DNA of 64,000 nt, from positions 1,888,001 through 1,952,000 of the forward strand of contig CAXXIA010000002.1 of NCBI GenBank assembly GCA_963666985.2. Reading direction: 5' to 3'. The notes beneath the pieces are model-generated. The model made no database searches. It was not told where the DNA came from and saw only the letters and a program-made list of their open reading frames with translations. Position 1 is the first letter of the stretch. Each line of letters opens with the position of its first letter. The DNA is from Spirochaetia bacterium (GTDB taxonomy: Bacteria > Spirochaetota > Spirochaetia > DSM-2461). This document shows, piece after piece, positions 1 through 10,362 of this stretch. Made by a program: the position numbers and the translations under genes.

Positions 1-2
1 AT

Positions 3-446
3 AGGCCTGTACCATCGTTAGAATATGCAGCAGAAGATTTCTTCCAGAGATGGGCCCGCGAAGGGTGTGAAGCTAGAGGATATACGATTCACCATTTCCC
101 CGATCTTGATAGAATTCGTGTTAAGACCACAATGGACTCATATCCAGAACTACAAGATGTAAATGGTGCAGTAACACTAACTGAATCCACTTATTATCAC
201 TGCACGGGAGTTTTTGTCTCAAAATCAATAGTTTTACGTGAAGGATATGATGTTGCTTTATGGTGGCAAAAAGACTTCGACAAATGGCTTCGAGAAGAAT
301 ACAAACTAGGCGAAGAAGTATGGTTGTATTGTACTTTCTTTACACTAGATCATGAGAATCAAGAATTAGTTGTATTTGTTAGGGATTTTGTTTTTGAAGA
401 TCAAATTGAAGTAGCAAAAGACCGAATAAAAAATCTAATTCAGTAG
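3..446 (+). CDS. Hypothetical protein, 5' end outside window (cassette gene)
   Basis: Frame of ORF 132..446 is open back to base 3; stop lies 30 bp before repeat 1. Confidence 0.7.
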   Translation, partial: RPVPSLEYAAEDFFQRWAREGCEARGYTIHHFPDLDRIRVKTTMDSYPELQDVNGAVTLTESTYYHCTGVFVSKSIVLREGYDVALWWQKDFDKWLREEYKLGEEVWLYCTFFTLDHENQELVVFVRDFVFEDQIEVAKDRIKNLIQ

Positions 447-475
447 ATGTGGTTTCTAAAGAAATGTTTTCATTT

Positions 476-678
476 AACAGCTGTTGATGCGCTCCGGCCG
501 CTAAAAGTGTTTAGCGGCCTTCGGGGCTTCGCCCAAATTTCGCTTTGTCATGGCTCTTGCAGATGCGTTTCTGAAAGTGGTGTGATAAGCTGAAGAGCGA
601 ACGTGCTTTCTGCTAAAAGCAAGAGCGCATGCCAACCGGCTGCGCCGGCCGCGAAACTTCGCATACCAGCGGGCCGTT
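476..678 (+). repeat. attC-like repeat 1 (203 bp)
   Basis: AACAGCTGTTGATGCG...CGCATACCAGCGGGCCGTT. Confidence 0.9.
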
Positions 679-739
679 TTGTGCACTTATTCAGAAATTC
701 GGTGAATGAAAACCATTCTTATTTGTAACGTCTTTTCAA

Positions 740-1603
740 TCAAAGATGTAAGGCCTTCTTCCAATCAGTGTTATTAAAAAGCGATACATGCAAGATATAG
801 AAGAGAACACCAACCGTGCCGAGAATAAGGGCTGTAACTGAGGACCATCCGATTTTTCCAGATATGGCGTAGTCCAGGGCCGCAAGCATCACTGCTAGGT
901 CGAAGCAAAGGAATCCCGCTAGGTTTATTCCCTTACGCCGTACTCGATCCAAGTAGAAGAAGAAAAAGGATACAGGGAGCGTTGCTGCCGCTGCTATAAA
1001 GGACCAATCCGGCCAGCCAGTGGCAATAATGTCCACTACAATGGTAAGTCCTGTGCCCAGGATTAGGAGAGCGACAACGAGTCTAAGCCAAGGCGGTCGG
1101 CGAAAGACAATGTAGGCAAGTGCCGACTCTAGGGCAAGGAACACTGCACTATAATAAGGTAGCAGGTATCGTCCAAGGCGCTGGCCGGGCAAAGCTCTTG
1201 CTATTAGTAAAAGTGAAATAGATCCCACAAGGATAAGGGCCACTGTCACTGCAATAAAAGGGTGATGGCCAAGGCGCATGAATACCAGGCTTAGAAGTGC
1301 AGCACCCACCACCGGGATCGCTACAAAAAACGACCAGCTTATATGACCGTTCCGTATGAGGTCTACGCCTAAGGTATAAGCTATGGGGAACAATCCAAGG
1401 AAGCATACCATCAGTGTCGCAAAGAGCCGTTTTTGCCGTTGGTCCAGTGTCTTATACATCCGTTGTGGTGGAATTACATCTTCAGGATATTCCGCAGGTT
1501 CCGGTGGGCCATTCCGAACTTCTCCGGGAATAGCCGTCCCACAGAGAGGACAGGCCTCTAAGCGCATTTCTATTTCAACTCCACATCGTGGGCAGTATGG
1601 CAT
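740..1603 (-). CDS. Zinc-ribbon N-terminal multi-pass membrane protein (DUF6320-like)
   Basis: MPYCPRCG...CPLCG zinc ribbon followed by several hydrophobic helices; 4 bp downstream of the acyltransferase gene. Confidence 0.7.
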   Translation of the reverse strand: MPYCPRCGVEIEMRLEACPLCGTAIPGEVRNGPPEPAEYPEDVIPPQRMYKTLDQRQKRLFATLMVCFLGLFPIAYTLGVDLIRNGHISWSFFVAIPVVGAALLSLVFMRLGHHPFIAVTVALILVGSISLLLIARALPGQRLGRYLLPYYSAVFLALESALAYIVFRRPPWLRLVVALLILGTGLTIVVDIIATGWPDWSFIAAAATLPVSFFFFYLDRVRRKGINLAGFLCFDLAVMLAALDYAISGKIGWSSVTALILGTVGVLFYILHVSLFNNTDWKKALHL

Positions 1604-1607
1604 CCGA

Positions 1608-2888
1608 TTACCTCCTGTTGGTCCTGATAGCGACGGGAATCCCGTTGCGTCTCATACCGGCGAAAAAACGACGTTCGATGTCCGTCTCTGCATAATGGCT
1701 GCACAAAAACACCCGACTGATCCCCCCGTAAGCAATAGCTGCTGCATTGATTTGCTGTGGAATAGATGGCGGTATAAATTGGTAGGCTTGTACAAAACGG
1801 GCCATATCGTTGGGGATGGTAATACGACCTAAATTTGAAAAGCTCACGGTAAAACTCCGGCTTCCAAAGGCCGAATAAAAGAATTTTAAGAGGGGGTCTT
1901 TGAGGAATAGCGGGAGAATGCGGATAAGGGAATTTTTTTCTCCGGTGACATTGCGACTGATCTGCCGGGCAATATATCGACCGTCAATTTCCAACCGCAT
2001 GAAATGATGCACCTTAGATACGATATCTTCGAAGTTAAAGTCTCCCAATCTTGGGTCGATTCCCGGTTCCACCGTGAGGGAGAAATTGCGCATGGTGGAT
2101 GATTTGAAGATCCGTCGAAGGTTTACGGGGACACTCACTCTGATTGGCCGAGGTTTCCAGTTTTTCGCTTTCATTTCTTCATAACAGGCATTCACTAAGG
2201 CTGCTGTAAGATACTCACCGACTGTAACTTTGTATTTATCGGCTGCTTGTTTAAGGATTTCTTCCTTGATGAGGCCTTCTGTGACGAAGAAAGTTGGAGG
2301 TCTGATCGGCTTCCCGGGTATCTTTAAAGCACGTTGTGCCATATGGGCGGGAGGCACATGCGGGTCATGATGAACCAAATAGCCATCTTCGTATTCCTCG
2401 ATACTCATAGGCGATCTGGCGTCTATAGGTAGAGTGCCTACGGCTATCGCTTCACCTTGAATGCGAAGATATTCAGCTACCAGGCCATTGAGAAAATTCA
2501 ATGCACCCGTACCGTCGGTGACAAAATGTCCTGCCTCCACAGCTACTCGATTACGATATGCAATAACCCTCAATGGCAACACGCCCGGACTCTTGAATGG
2601 AACATAGAGGCAGGGATAGCGGCTTTCGGGCTCAACATGGAGTTCTGTATCAGTTGGCTCCAGATAATACCAGAAGAGTCCTCGACGAAGGTGAACATGA
2701 AAATATGGGCATCGGGACATCATAGCCCGGCAAGCTTGTTCTAGGGGTTCTACGGATATCGGTTGGTTCAGAACAGCCGCCAATCTAAAGACCGTAGGCC
2801 TCCACGGAGAGAGTTGAGAAGCAAAGATTTTAGCAGCATTGTCTAGCCGGGACTCAAACTGGTCGGGCCCGGCCCCGGTGGCGGGCAT
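1608..2888 (-). CDS. Alcohol acetyltransferase / condensation-domain acyltransferase
   Basis: HFVTDG (HxxxDG) motif, VPVNLR and FSNLG motifs. Confidence 0.75.
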   Translation of the reverse strand: MPATGAGPDQFESRLDNAAKIFASQLSPWRPTVFRLAAVLNQPISVEPLEQACRAMMSRCPYFHVHLRRGLFWYYLEPTDTELHVEPESRYPCLYVPFKSPGVLPLRVIAYRNRVAVEAGHFVTDGTGALNFLNGLVAEYLRIQGEAIAVGTLPIDARSPMSIEEYEDGYLVHHDPHVPPAHMAQRALKIPGKPIRPPTFFVTEGLIKEEILKQAADKYKVTVGEYLTAALVNACYEEMKAKNWKPRPIRVSVPVNLRRIFKSSTMRNFSLTVEPGIDPRLGDFNFEDIVSKVHHFMRLEIDGRYIARQISRNVTGEKNSLIRILPLFLKDPLLKFFYSAFGSRSFTVSFSNLGRITIPNDMARFVQAYQFIPPSIPQQINAAAIAYGGISRVFLCSHYAETDIERRFFAGMRRNGIPVAIRTNRR

Positions 2889-3062
2889 CCTTTAATCATA
2901 ACAGAAAAGATGAGCTTCGACACTGGAGTGAAATATCAGGTTTATGTGATGCGAGCCGTTGTATTGTCACCCCAATTGGGACAGGCTTTTCAGAAATTGA
3001 GATACAAGAGATGGCATGAATCAAAATGAGTGATTAGCGGCAATACAGGAATAAGTGCACAA

Positions 3063-3269
3063 AACAGCTGTTGATGCGCTCCGGCCGCTAAAAGTGTTTA
3101 GCGGCCTCCGGGGCTCCGCCCAAATTTCGTTTTGGCCATGGCTCTTGCAGATGCAGTTCCAGAAGTGATGTGATACAGTCAAAGGCGAACAAGGTATTGC
3201 TGTAAAAGAGCAAGAGCGCATGCCAACCGGCTATGCCGGACGCGAAACTTCGCATACCAGCGGACCGTT
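3063..3269 (+). repeat. attC-like repeat 2 (207 bp)
   Basis: Same conserved ends as repeat 1. Confidence 0.9.
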
Positions 3270-3282
3270 AGTCGCAAATACA

Positions 3283-4296
3283 ATGATATACATTTCTAGC
3301 ATGGTCGTACCACACAATATCTCGAGGATTGCAGATATCGATGAATGTCATTTCGAGAATCCTCCAATGATTGTTTTCGACACAAACATTTGCATAGATT
3401 TATACAAACTGTGGTGCAACCCAAGGCTAATGCGCAATGAACAGCACAAACAGTTTATGGAATTGGTCGATCTGTGCACAAAAATATACAAGAATGGTTG
3501 GCTATTTTTTCCCCATTTTGGAATAGAAGAAGCTTCTTTCAGTGAATTTTCAAATCGAGGAGAGTCTGACAAAGAGCAGCATATGCACATGGCCTTATTG
3601 AACTTGCTAGGTAGTGATCTGCAAAGCTTTCTAGCACATATCAATTCAACTTTCAGTAGCATTGAGCACTATACTCGTCGTGTAGATTCAAAATCATATA
3701 TACGGCGAATAAGGAATGATATTATTTTTAGTGATCTTTTACCTTTGAAATACTGCTCAATGATGAAATTGTTTATTCTTTGTAACGACATAGATAGTTA
3801 CAAAGAGCGTTTGTTTGAATTCTTTAATTATCTACTGAATAACATAAATTGTGTTGACGTAGGATCAATCATCACAGCGACATTTCTTACTAGCAGAAAG
3901 AAGATGAAAATGCTTTTCCATCGGCTACAAAACAGCTCGAGCGCAGGTTTAAGGAGTATTTTAAATTCTGCGATTGATCTTACGTTTATTGAGCTCTCAA
4001 GTCGTATTTACCTTGAGGGCCTAACACCAATATTTTGCTCACAGGATAAACTTCTTATCGAAATAGAGAATGCTACAAAAGTGCAATTTTTTCAAAATGG
4101 TATTCCTGCAAAAGGTATTTATGCAGATCGGCTTCCGGAAAACGAGGTCGTTATGGAGTTTATAGAGTTTATGAAAAAGTCGCTAGAAAAAAGGGATTCG
4201 TATATAAAACACTTCAATAAGCATCATGTTTGGGCAGAAATAGCTAATCTAGAAAAGGAAATAGTCAAACGTGTATCTGCGACTAACAGCTGTTGA
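3283..4296 (+). CDS. Hypothetical protein, possible PIN-like nuclease; stop codon lies inside repeat 3
   Basis: IVFDTNI N-terminal motif and later acidic residues; start moved to ATG 3283 by comparison with the copy at 40308. Confidence 0.6.
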   Translation: MIYISSMVVPHNISRIADIDECHFENPPMIVFDTNICIDLYKLWCNPRLMRNEQHKQFMELVDLCTKIYKNGWLFFPHFGIEEASFSEFSNRGESDKEQHMHMALLNLLGSDLQSFLAHINSTFSSIEHYTRRVDSKSYIRRIRNDIIFSDLLPLKYCSMMKLFILCNDIDSYKERLFEFFNYLLNNINCVDVGSIITATFLTSRKKMKMLFHRLQNSSSAGLRSILNSAIDLTFIELSSRIYLEGLTPIFCSQDKLLIEIENATKVQFFQNGIPAKGIYADRLPENEVVMEFIEFMKKSLEKRDSYIKHFNKHHVWAEIANLEKEIVKRVSATNSC

Positions 4297-4490
4297 TGCG
4301 CTCCGGCGTCAACTAGCGTTGCCGCCTCCGGGCCTACGGCCAAATTTCGCTTTGGACATGGCTCTTGCAGATGCAGACTCAGAAGTGATGTGATACAGTC
4401 AAAGGCGAACAAAGCATTGCTGAAGCCGTTGCAAGAGCGCATGCCAACCGGCTTTGCCGGACGCGAAACTTCGCATAACAGCAGAACGTT
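4285..4490 (+). repeat. attC-like repeat 3 (206 bp)
   Basis: Conserved ends; near-identical to repeat 28. Confidence 0.9.
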
Positions 4491-4503
4491 AAACAAACTT
4501 TCG

Positions 4504-4690
4504 ATGAAAAGAATTATTTCTATTTTTATATCGATTACATTATCTCTTCTTGGATCATGTAATACAAACCCCAACTATGTATTGTCTTCACAAATGAATG
4601 GATTACATCCGATTGAATTAATATACTTTGATTCAATTTCAGAAGAGAAATTAGGCTCTTTTCCAATTGATAGAGGATACTATGCTGAAT
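4504..4690 (+). pseudogene. 5' fragment of CHASE2-like lipoprotein gene, truncated by IS3
   Basis: Matches the start of 7469..8332 up to the IS end at 4691. Confidence 0.85.
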
Positions 4691-4718
4691 TGGAATTCCC
4701 AGACTTCTATAGACACCT

Positions 4719-5537
4719 CTAGCTTGCAATAGAACCCTTTTCAAATTCAACCGGAGAGATCCCGCCAAGATGCTTGTGGCGACGCTTCCGGTTGTAAAAT
4801 GCTTCAATATAATCGAACACATCAGACCGTGCTTCATCCCTTGTTCGATATGTCTTCCGGCGAATCCGTTCCTTCTTCAAACTACCAAAGAATGATTCCA
4901 TGGCTGCATTGTCCCAGCAGTTTCCACGACGGCTCATACTTCTCTTCAGTCCGTTGTCACGACAGAATCTAATCCAGTCACCGCTGTCAAATTGGCCGCC
5001 CTGATCGGAATGGATAAGGACTTTGTTTTTCGGGCGTCTCTTCCAAACAGCTGTCAGTAAGGCCTGGATAACCAGATCACGATGAAGCGTGTTCTGCATG
5101 GACCAGCCGATGATTCTCCTGGAATAAAGATCCATGACAACTGCGAGATACAGCCAACCTTCATGAGTTCGAATATAGGTAATATCCGTTGTCCACGCAG
5201 TATCGGGTTCTTCTACATTAAAGTCCTGCTGGAGATGGTTCGGGGCAGCCTGGGACGGTTTTCCATACTTGAATCGACGCATCTTGAAGCCGACCATCGC
5301 CCTGATACCATGCTCTCGCATGATTCTGGCTACTCGATGGACGCTGCAGGATTCTCCGTCTTCCATCAAATCCTCATGGATTCGTGGACTTCCGTAGACC
5401 TGATCGCTTTCTTCGTAGAAGTGGCGAATCTTCTTCAACAACCGAATGTCTTCAATCTTTCTCTCTGATTGAGGTTTTCTCAACCATGCATAGAATCCGC
5501 TTCGATTGACATCGAGAACCCGGCACATAGTCTTCAC
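4719..5537 (-). CDS. IS3 transposase OrfB (DDE)
   Basis: WTTDITY, HSDQG, GNCWDNAAMESFF motifs. Confidence 0.95.
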   Translation of the reverse strand: MKTMCRVLDVNRSGFYAWLRKPQSERKIEDIRLLKKIRHFYEESDQVYGSPRIHEDLMEDGESCSVHRVARIMREHGIRAMVGFKMRRFKYGKPSQAAPNHLQQDFNVEEPDTAWTTDITYIRTHEGWLYLAVVMDLYSRRIIGWSMQNTLHRDLVIQALLTAVWKRRPKNKVLIHSDQGGQFDSGDWIRFCRDNGLKRSMSRRGNCWDNAAMESFFGSLKKERIRRKTYRTRDEARSDVFDYIEAFYNRKRRHKHLGGISPVEFEKGSIAS

Positions 5538-5575
5538 TCTGAATTCAGCCCTGTAGTTTTTGATGAAGGCATATC

Positions 5576-5872
5576 TTACTCGGACTGACTCGCGAAGTAT
5601 GCCGCGGCTTTTTTTAAGATATCTCGCTCTTCCTGCACCCGCCGCAGCTCTGCTTTCAGCCTGGCATTCTCGACTTCAAGCTCCTTATTTGCTTTTGCCG
5701 ATTCTGGTGCTTTTGGATTTCGAGAATCGGCCTTCAGCCACTTATAGAGGCTATGGGTTGAGACTCCTATACGCTCAGAGACTTCCTTGATGGAGTAGCC
5801 CCGCTCAACAACCTGGCCGACTGCTTCTGCCTTGAATTCGTCCGAATATCGCGGACTTCCCATGATGTACAC
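5576..5872 (-). CDS. IS3 transposase OrfA (HTH)
   Basis: YSDEFKAEAV...LKKAAAYF; A7G slippery site near its end. Confidence 0.92.
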   Translation of the reverse strand: MYIMGSPRYSDEFKAEAVGQVVERGYSIKEVSERIGVSTHSLYKWLKADSRNPKAPESAKANKELEVENARLKAELRRVQEERDILKKAAAYFASQSE

Positions 5873-5922
5873 TCCTTCCTCATTTTGAGTTTAGCAGTGT
5901 CTATCAAAAGCTGGGAATTCCA

Positions 5923-6637
5923 CTACAATGCGCGCTGGTACGATGCCACGCTTGGTCGATTCGTTACTGAAGACCCTGCTCGGGATGGCCTCAATTGGTT
6001 CATCTACGTCAGTAATAATCCGCTCAGGTGGGTGGATCCGACGGGTTTATTCGAGCTGGCGGCAGAAGACGGTAAAGCAATAATCAACGTAGAAGAAGAC
6101 GATACTTTGTGGGATATCATTGCCAAGCAAAACCCGGATTCTTCAGATGCAGAAATACTCGGAAAGATCGATGAAATCGCCGAGACTAATGATCTAGAGG
6201 ATCCAGACAAGATTTATCCTGGTCAAAAGCTTGAGGCTCCTGACTCCGTTGTACCGGACATTACAGACGACTTGATGGATCGAATGGAGACGAACGCTGA
6301 AGACAAGAATACCAGAAATCCTTTTTATTTCAGGGAAAAAGTCGAAGCTGGCGGAGATTGGGATCTCAAGGCTCAGGATGATACCGTGTATGATACGACT
6401 CCATTGCAATATGCTGAGTACCTTTTTAATGGTGAGATCGTTCGTTACGACGCACCCGGCAATATTCACTATGGTTATGTTGGCCGGTCTACATGGTATG
6501 GATCGCGTCGAAGACTCCTGAGCCAGGCTGGTGCAGCTCAAATCGAAGACAATCCCAACGGCGGCTGGGAAGGGGATGATCCCTCTGACGCAATGTACAT
6601 CATTATGGGAATGGATTTATATGACAATCAGGAGTAG
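5923..6637 (+). pseudogene. RHS core C-terminal fragment with LysM and Ntox44-like toxin domain; 5' part lost at the IS3 junction
   Basis: YNARWYD..LGRF..EDP, Y..NNP..WVDPTG RHS signature; DTLWDI...DPDKIYPGQKL LysM; WDLK...GNIHYGYVG. Confidence 0.8.
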
Positions 6638-7013
6638 ATACGTCTTCCTTACCCGTATAGGGCTGGTCGGATGTTGTGTCGCCATATTTCTTTATAGCTG
6701 CGATAGCGCAGATCGCTTTGCCAAAATGGAAATTGTTAATGAGATATCTCTAGAAAACGGTGAAAAGAAAGCCGTTATGTACGTATTGGATTACGGTGCT
6801 ACGGCTTCAAGTCGGTTGAACGTGTCCATTTTGCCATCTGAGGCCAAAATAAGGGCAGCAAAAGGTGTCGTTTACTCCGCTCTTTTTACGGATCATCTAG
6901 ATTACGATTTGCTTAAGATAGATGAACAAACTATTAAAGTCGTACATGAATATCGTCCCCAGGATCCATTTGTGAGCTACGATGAGTATGAAGGTATCAA
7001 GATCAAGTATTGA
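6621..7013 (+). CDS. Putative immunity lipoprotein for the RHS toxin
   Basis: Overlaps the toxin stop; signal peptide with FLYSC lipobox-like motif. Confidence 0.55.
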   Translation: MTIRSRYVFLTRIGLVGCCVAIFLYSCDSADRFAKMEIVNEISLENGEKKAVMYVLDYGATASSRLNVSILPSEAKIRAAKGVVYSALFTDHLDYDLLKIDEQTIKVVHEYRPQDPFVSYDEYEGIKIKY

Positions 7014-7250
7014 CTTGTCGTCTTAGTGGTCGAAAAATCAACAGGTCCGCCCCTCCGCCATCGTGGCTTCGGGGCTGCACAGAATACTCGTTATCGTCAG
7101 CCGATATCCGTGTCAGCGGTCCGCTTCGCCTTTGGCTCCGCCCAATAACGGATACTCTGTGCACCTGCCAGAAATTAATCAGGGCCATCTGAAATACATC
7201 GTGTATTTCAGATGTATTTTTTTGGGGTTCTTTTCTGGATTTTATCGTTA

Positions 7251-7455
7251 AACAGCTGTTGATGCGCTCCGGCCGCTAAAAGTGTTTAGCGGCCTTCGGG
7301 GCTTCGCCCAAATTTCGCTTTGGCGATGGTTCTTGCAGATGCGTTCCTGAGAGTTGTGTGATAGGCTCAAATGCGAACAGGCTTTCTGCTGAAGTGCAAG
7401 AACGCATGCCAACCGGCTTCGCCGGCCGCGAAACTTCGCATACCAGCGGACCGTT
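7251..7455 (+). repeat. attC-like repeat 4 (205 bp)
   Basis: Conserved ends. Confidence 0.9.
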
Positions 7456-7468
7456 AAACAAACTTTCG

Positions 7469-8332
7469 ATGAAAAGAATTATTTCTATTTTTATATCGAT
7501 TACATTATCTCTTCTTGGATCATGTAATACAAACCCCAACTATGTATTGTCTTCACAAATGAATGGATTACATCCGATTGAATTAATATACTTTGATTCA
7601 ATTTCAGAAGAGAAATTAGGCTCTTTTCCAATTGATAGAGGATACTATGCTGAATTAATAGAAACAGTCGAAGAAACAGAGCCCTTTCTTGTAATCCTAA
7701 AGTTTTTCTTTGATTCAGAAACCGATTCTGATAAAGCCTCGGCAGATAAAATTTCTCAATATGGAAATGTTCTTACACAAGCAACAACATATATAAAACC
7801 TGGCGAAGAACCTTCAGAGGATTATATAAACCATATATCTATTCAAATTGATAGGAAAGGTCTTCTTAAGCAAGAGTATCTTTTACTTCCCAATAGAACA
7901 CTTTTTACTGCTTTCAGCAGTATTGGACTTGTCGATTTTCAATTTGAGAAAAAAGAATATTTCAATTGTCCTTTGGCCATTGAATACAAAGAAAAAGTAA
8001 TTCCTTCCTTAGCCTTAGTCGTCGGATCAATTTGTAGCAAATCGAAACCAGAAAGAGAGAATGGTCAAATCAGTTTGAGCGGTAAACTTTTATCAGATAA
8101 AGAAGGGAATCTGAAACTCAACTTATCGGAGCCAAGAGAGCTATATCCAACGCATTCATTTGTAGATGTTTTAGAGGCCGATTCTGAATTCTTTGATTTT
8201 ACAGATAAGATAGTAATCATTTTTATTGATAATGCAGAAATAAGATCTGTAAGAACTGAATATGAGGAAACTCACAATCCTGCAGAAATTGTTGCCGATA
8301 GTATAAACACTGTTCTACAAAAGCTTGAATGA
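7469..8332 (+). CDS. Lipoprotein with CHASE2-like extracellular sensor domain
   Basis: MKR..LLGSC lipoprotein signal; FPIDRGYYAELIE...KFFFD and final HNPAEIVA resemble CHASE2. Confidence 0.55.
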   Translation: MKRIISIFISITLSLLGSCNTNPNYVLSSQMNGLHPIELIYFDSISEEKLGSFPIDRGYYAELIETVEETEPFLVILKFFFDSETDSDKASADKISQYGNVLTQATTYIKPGEEPSEDYINHISIQIDRKGLLKQEYLLLPNRTLFTAFSSIGLVDFQFEKKEYFNCPLAIEYKEKVIPSLALVVGSICSKSKPERENGQISLSGKLLSDKEGNLKLNLSEPRELYPTHSFVDVLEADSEFFDFTDKIVIIFIDNAEIRSVRTEYEETHNPAEIVADSINTVLQKLE

Positions 8333-8349
8333 GAATCGAAAGTTCGTTT

Positions 8350-8549
8350 AACAGCTGTTGATGCGCTCCGGCCGCTAAAAGTGTTTAGCAGCCTTCGGGG
8401 CTTCGCCCAAATTTGCCTCTGTCATAGATTTTGCGAAAGGCTAGGGCTGTGGTAAAATGTGTCGCAGTTAGCGGTTGAGGTTGTGAAGAATCGCAAAATC
8501 TCCGCCAGTCGCTTTGCGAACGGCAAACTTCGCATACCAGCGGAACGTT
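8350..8549 (+). repeat. attC-like repeat 5 (200 bp)
   Basis: Conserved ends; AGATTTTGCG/CGCAAAATCT inner arm subtype. Confidence 0.9.
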
Positions 8550-8789
8550 TGATGACAGAATTAATTTAGGAAATAGTTTTTCTCATTTTTTAAAAAAGAG
8601 AAGGCAATTCCCCTCACAAATATCAATTTAAATTCGTGAAAAGCTCTGAAAGTTTTTGAGAAAAAATCAAAGTGTTCCAGTTGTCGAGGTTGTTTCTCCT
8701 GATATGAGTCTTGTTCAGTTGAATAAGAACAAGAGAGCCTTTTCACGGTGTTTGATCTTTATGGGCTTTGCTTAATTCCGTCATCAAAC
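8547..8789. other. ORF-less cassette, copy 1 of 4
   Basis: Ends GTTTGATGACAGAATTAA / TTAATTCCGTCATCAAAC; no convincing ORF. Confidence 0.8.
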
Positions 8790-9048
8790 AGCTGTTGATA
8801 CGCTCCGGCCGCTAAATCTCTTTAGCTGCCTTCGGGCCGAGAAGATGGTTATTAGTTGAGTGTTATGATATTTGCAAAGAGGAAATGGGATTGAAACGGC
8901 TCGGCCAAATTTCGCTTTGGCTGCTTTTGTTGAGATGTTTTGGTTCGTAATCTGTGGTAATGTTAAAAGCGAGCGGAGGTTCTGGTAATTTCGTGGGGCA
9001 GCCAACCGGCTCCGCCGGACGCGAAACTTCGTATACCAGCGGAACGTT
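8787..9048 (+). repeat. attC-like repeat 6 (262 bp, long subtype)
   Basis: GATACG/CGTATAC variant with extra GGCCGAG...CTCGGCC arm. Confidence 0.9.
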
Positions 9049-9437
9049 AAAGGAAATTGGCAAAAAATGCGATCAAGCCTCGCCCTCGTGGCTCGGCCAG
9101 AGGGCCAAGAGAATCTAGTAGAAAGATACTGTCTCGGCTTTTTTGATAAAACAATCAAACCTTTTTGAGTGAATTTCTATATATTAAAAATGCAGATAAG
9201 GCAATCTAGTTTTTTTACTTACAAGGATTCACTTAACATAAAGAAAATACAACCAATCAGAAAAACAAGACTCCCAATAGATCCTATATAATTATGGAGT
9301 CGAATATTATCAATTAAAAAAGTAAGGCTTCCTACAGAAAATAGAATCCAACCAATTGACTCCAGTTTCTTCTTGTTTTTCAACTAACACCTCGAGTATT
9401 CGCTTCAGTAGATTTCACAAATTAATAGAGGGCTCGG

Positions 9438-9773
9438 TTATTGAGCCAGAACCTTTTGATTTTCGTCCTCTATGGCTTTCTCTACATATTTATTAAGAGA
9501 AAGGCCCATCCGTGTTGCTGCAAGAGATGCTTTACTATGGACTTCAGGATCAGTACGAACAAGAAATCTTCCCGAAAATGGCTTTTCCGGATTCTTTCCC
9601 CTCTCAGCACACCAATCCAGATAGAAATCAACTGATTCAGCCATTGCCGTTTCCAACGCAGAAACAGATTCACCTTGGAATGTAATGATGTCTTTTAGTC
9701 CAACGACTTCACCGTGGAAAATCCTAGCTTCATCATCGTATTCCACAACACCGGTATATCCTTTGTAGGTCAT
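9438..9773 (-). CDS. hicB: HicB antitoxin
   Basis: MTYKGY..VEYD...FHGEV...P.KPFSGRF.VR. Confidence 0.9.
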   Translation of the reverse strand: MTYKGYTGVVEYDDEARIFHGEVVGLKDIITFQGESVSALETAMAESVDFYLDWCAERGKNPEKPFSGRFLVRTDPEVHSKASLAATRMGLSLNKYVEKAIEDENQKVLAQ

Positions 9774-10024
9774 GGCTTCACTCCCGCATTCATCAGAAAC
9801 TTACGAATAGATTTCACAGCACCTTTATCCGTTTCCTTTCTCGGATGAGGTCGATGAACGATGATATCAACATCATTCAACGAGAAACCGACTCTTGAAC
9901 CCGAACCTTCTTTCTTTTCAGCTCCTAAATGAATTAGTAATGCTTCAATATCTCTCCAAGCAATGGATGAAAGTACAGGATCGGTGAAAATTGCTTGAAG
10001 GACTTTTCGATGCTTACTGTTCAC
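9770..10024 (-). CDS. hicA: HicA toxin
   Basis: EGSGSRV...HRPHP motif; 4-bp overlap with hicB. Confidence 0.9.
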   Translation of the reverse strand: MNSKHRKVLQAIFTDPVLSSIAWRDIEALLIHLGAEKKEGSGSRVGFSLNDVDIIVHRPHPRKETDKGAVKSIRKFLMNAGVKP

Positions 10025-10162
10025 AAAATAAAGATATCACAATTTGATATCAGAATCAAGATTGGTAAATATTGCAACTGCTGTTTGAGATATCTTCCAC
10101 TGGACATCCGTGTCCAGTGGAAGGATGGGGGATTGCTTTCGGAATCTCTGCCAACTTCCTTT

Positions 10163-10362
10163 AACAGCTGTTGATGCGCTCCGGCTGATAACGGGGTTAT
10201 CAGCCTTCGGGGCTTCGCCCAAATTCGTCTTTGTCAGAGATTTTGCTTGTGTCTCACGTTGTGGTAAGATGAGTAGCAGTTAGCGGTTGGGTTTGTGAAG
10301 AATCGCAAAATCTCCGCCAACCGCTGGCGCGGACGACGAACTTCGCATACCAGCGGAACGTT
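10163..10362 (+). repeat. attC-like repeat 7 (200 bp)
   Basis: Conserved ends; matches repeat 8. Confidence 0.9.

Larger units (their letters stand above)
4691..5922 (-). mobile_element. IS3-family element, copy 1 (1232 bp), no target duplication
   Basis: TGGAATTCCCAG inverted ends; matches 21987..23218; flanks are unrelated. Confidence 0.92.

Noticed and set aside
3220..7468. Extended N-termini of ORFs 3220, 4390, 5885 and 7358
   Set aside because: The extensions lie in repeat or IS-end sequence; duplicate copies show the real starts at 3283, 4504 and 7469
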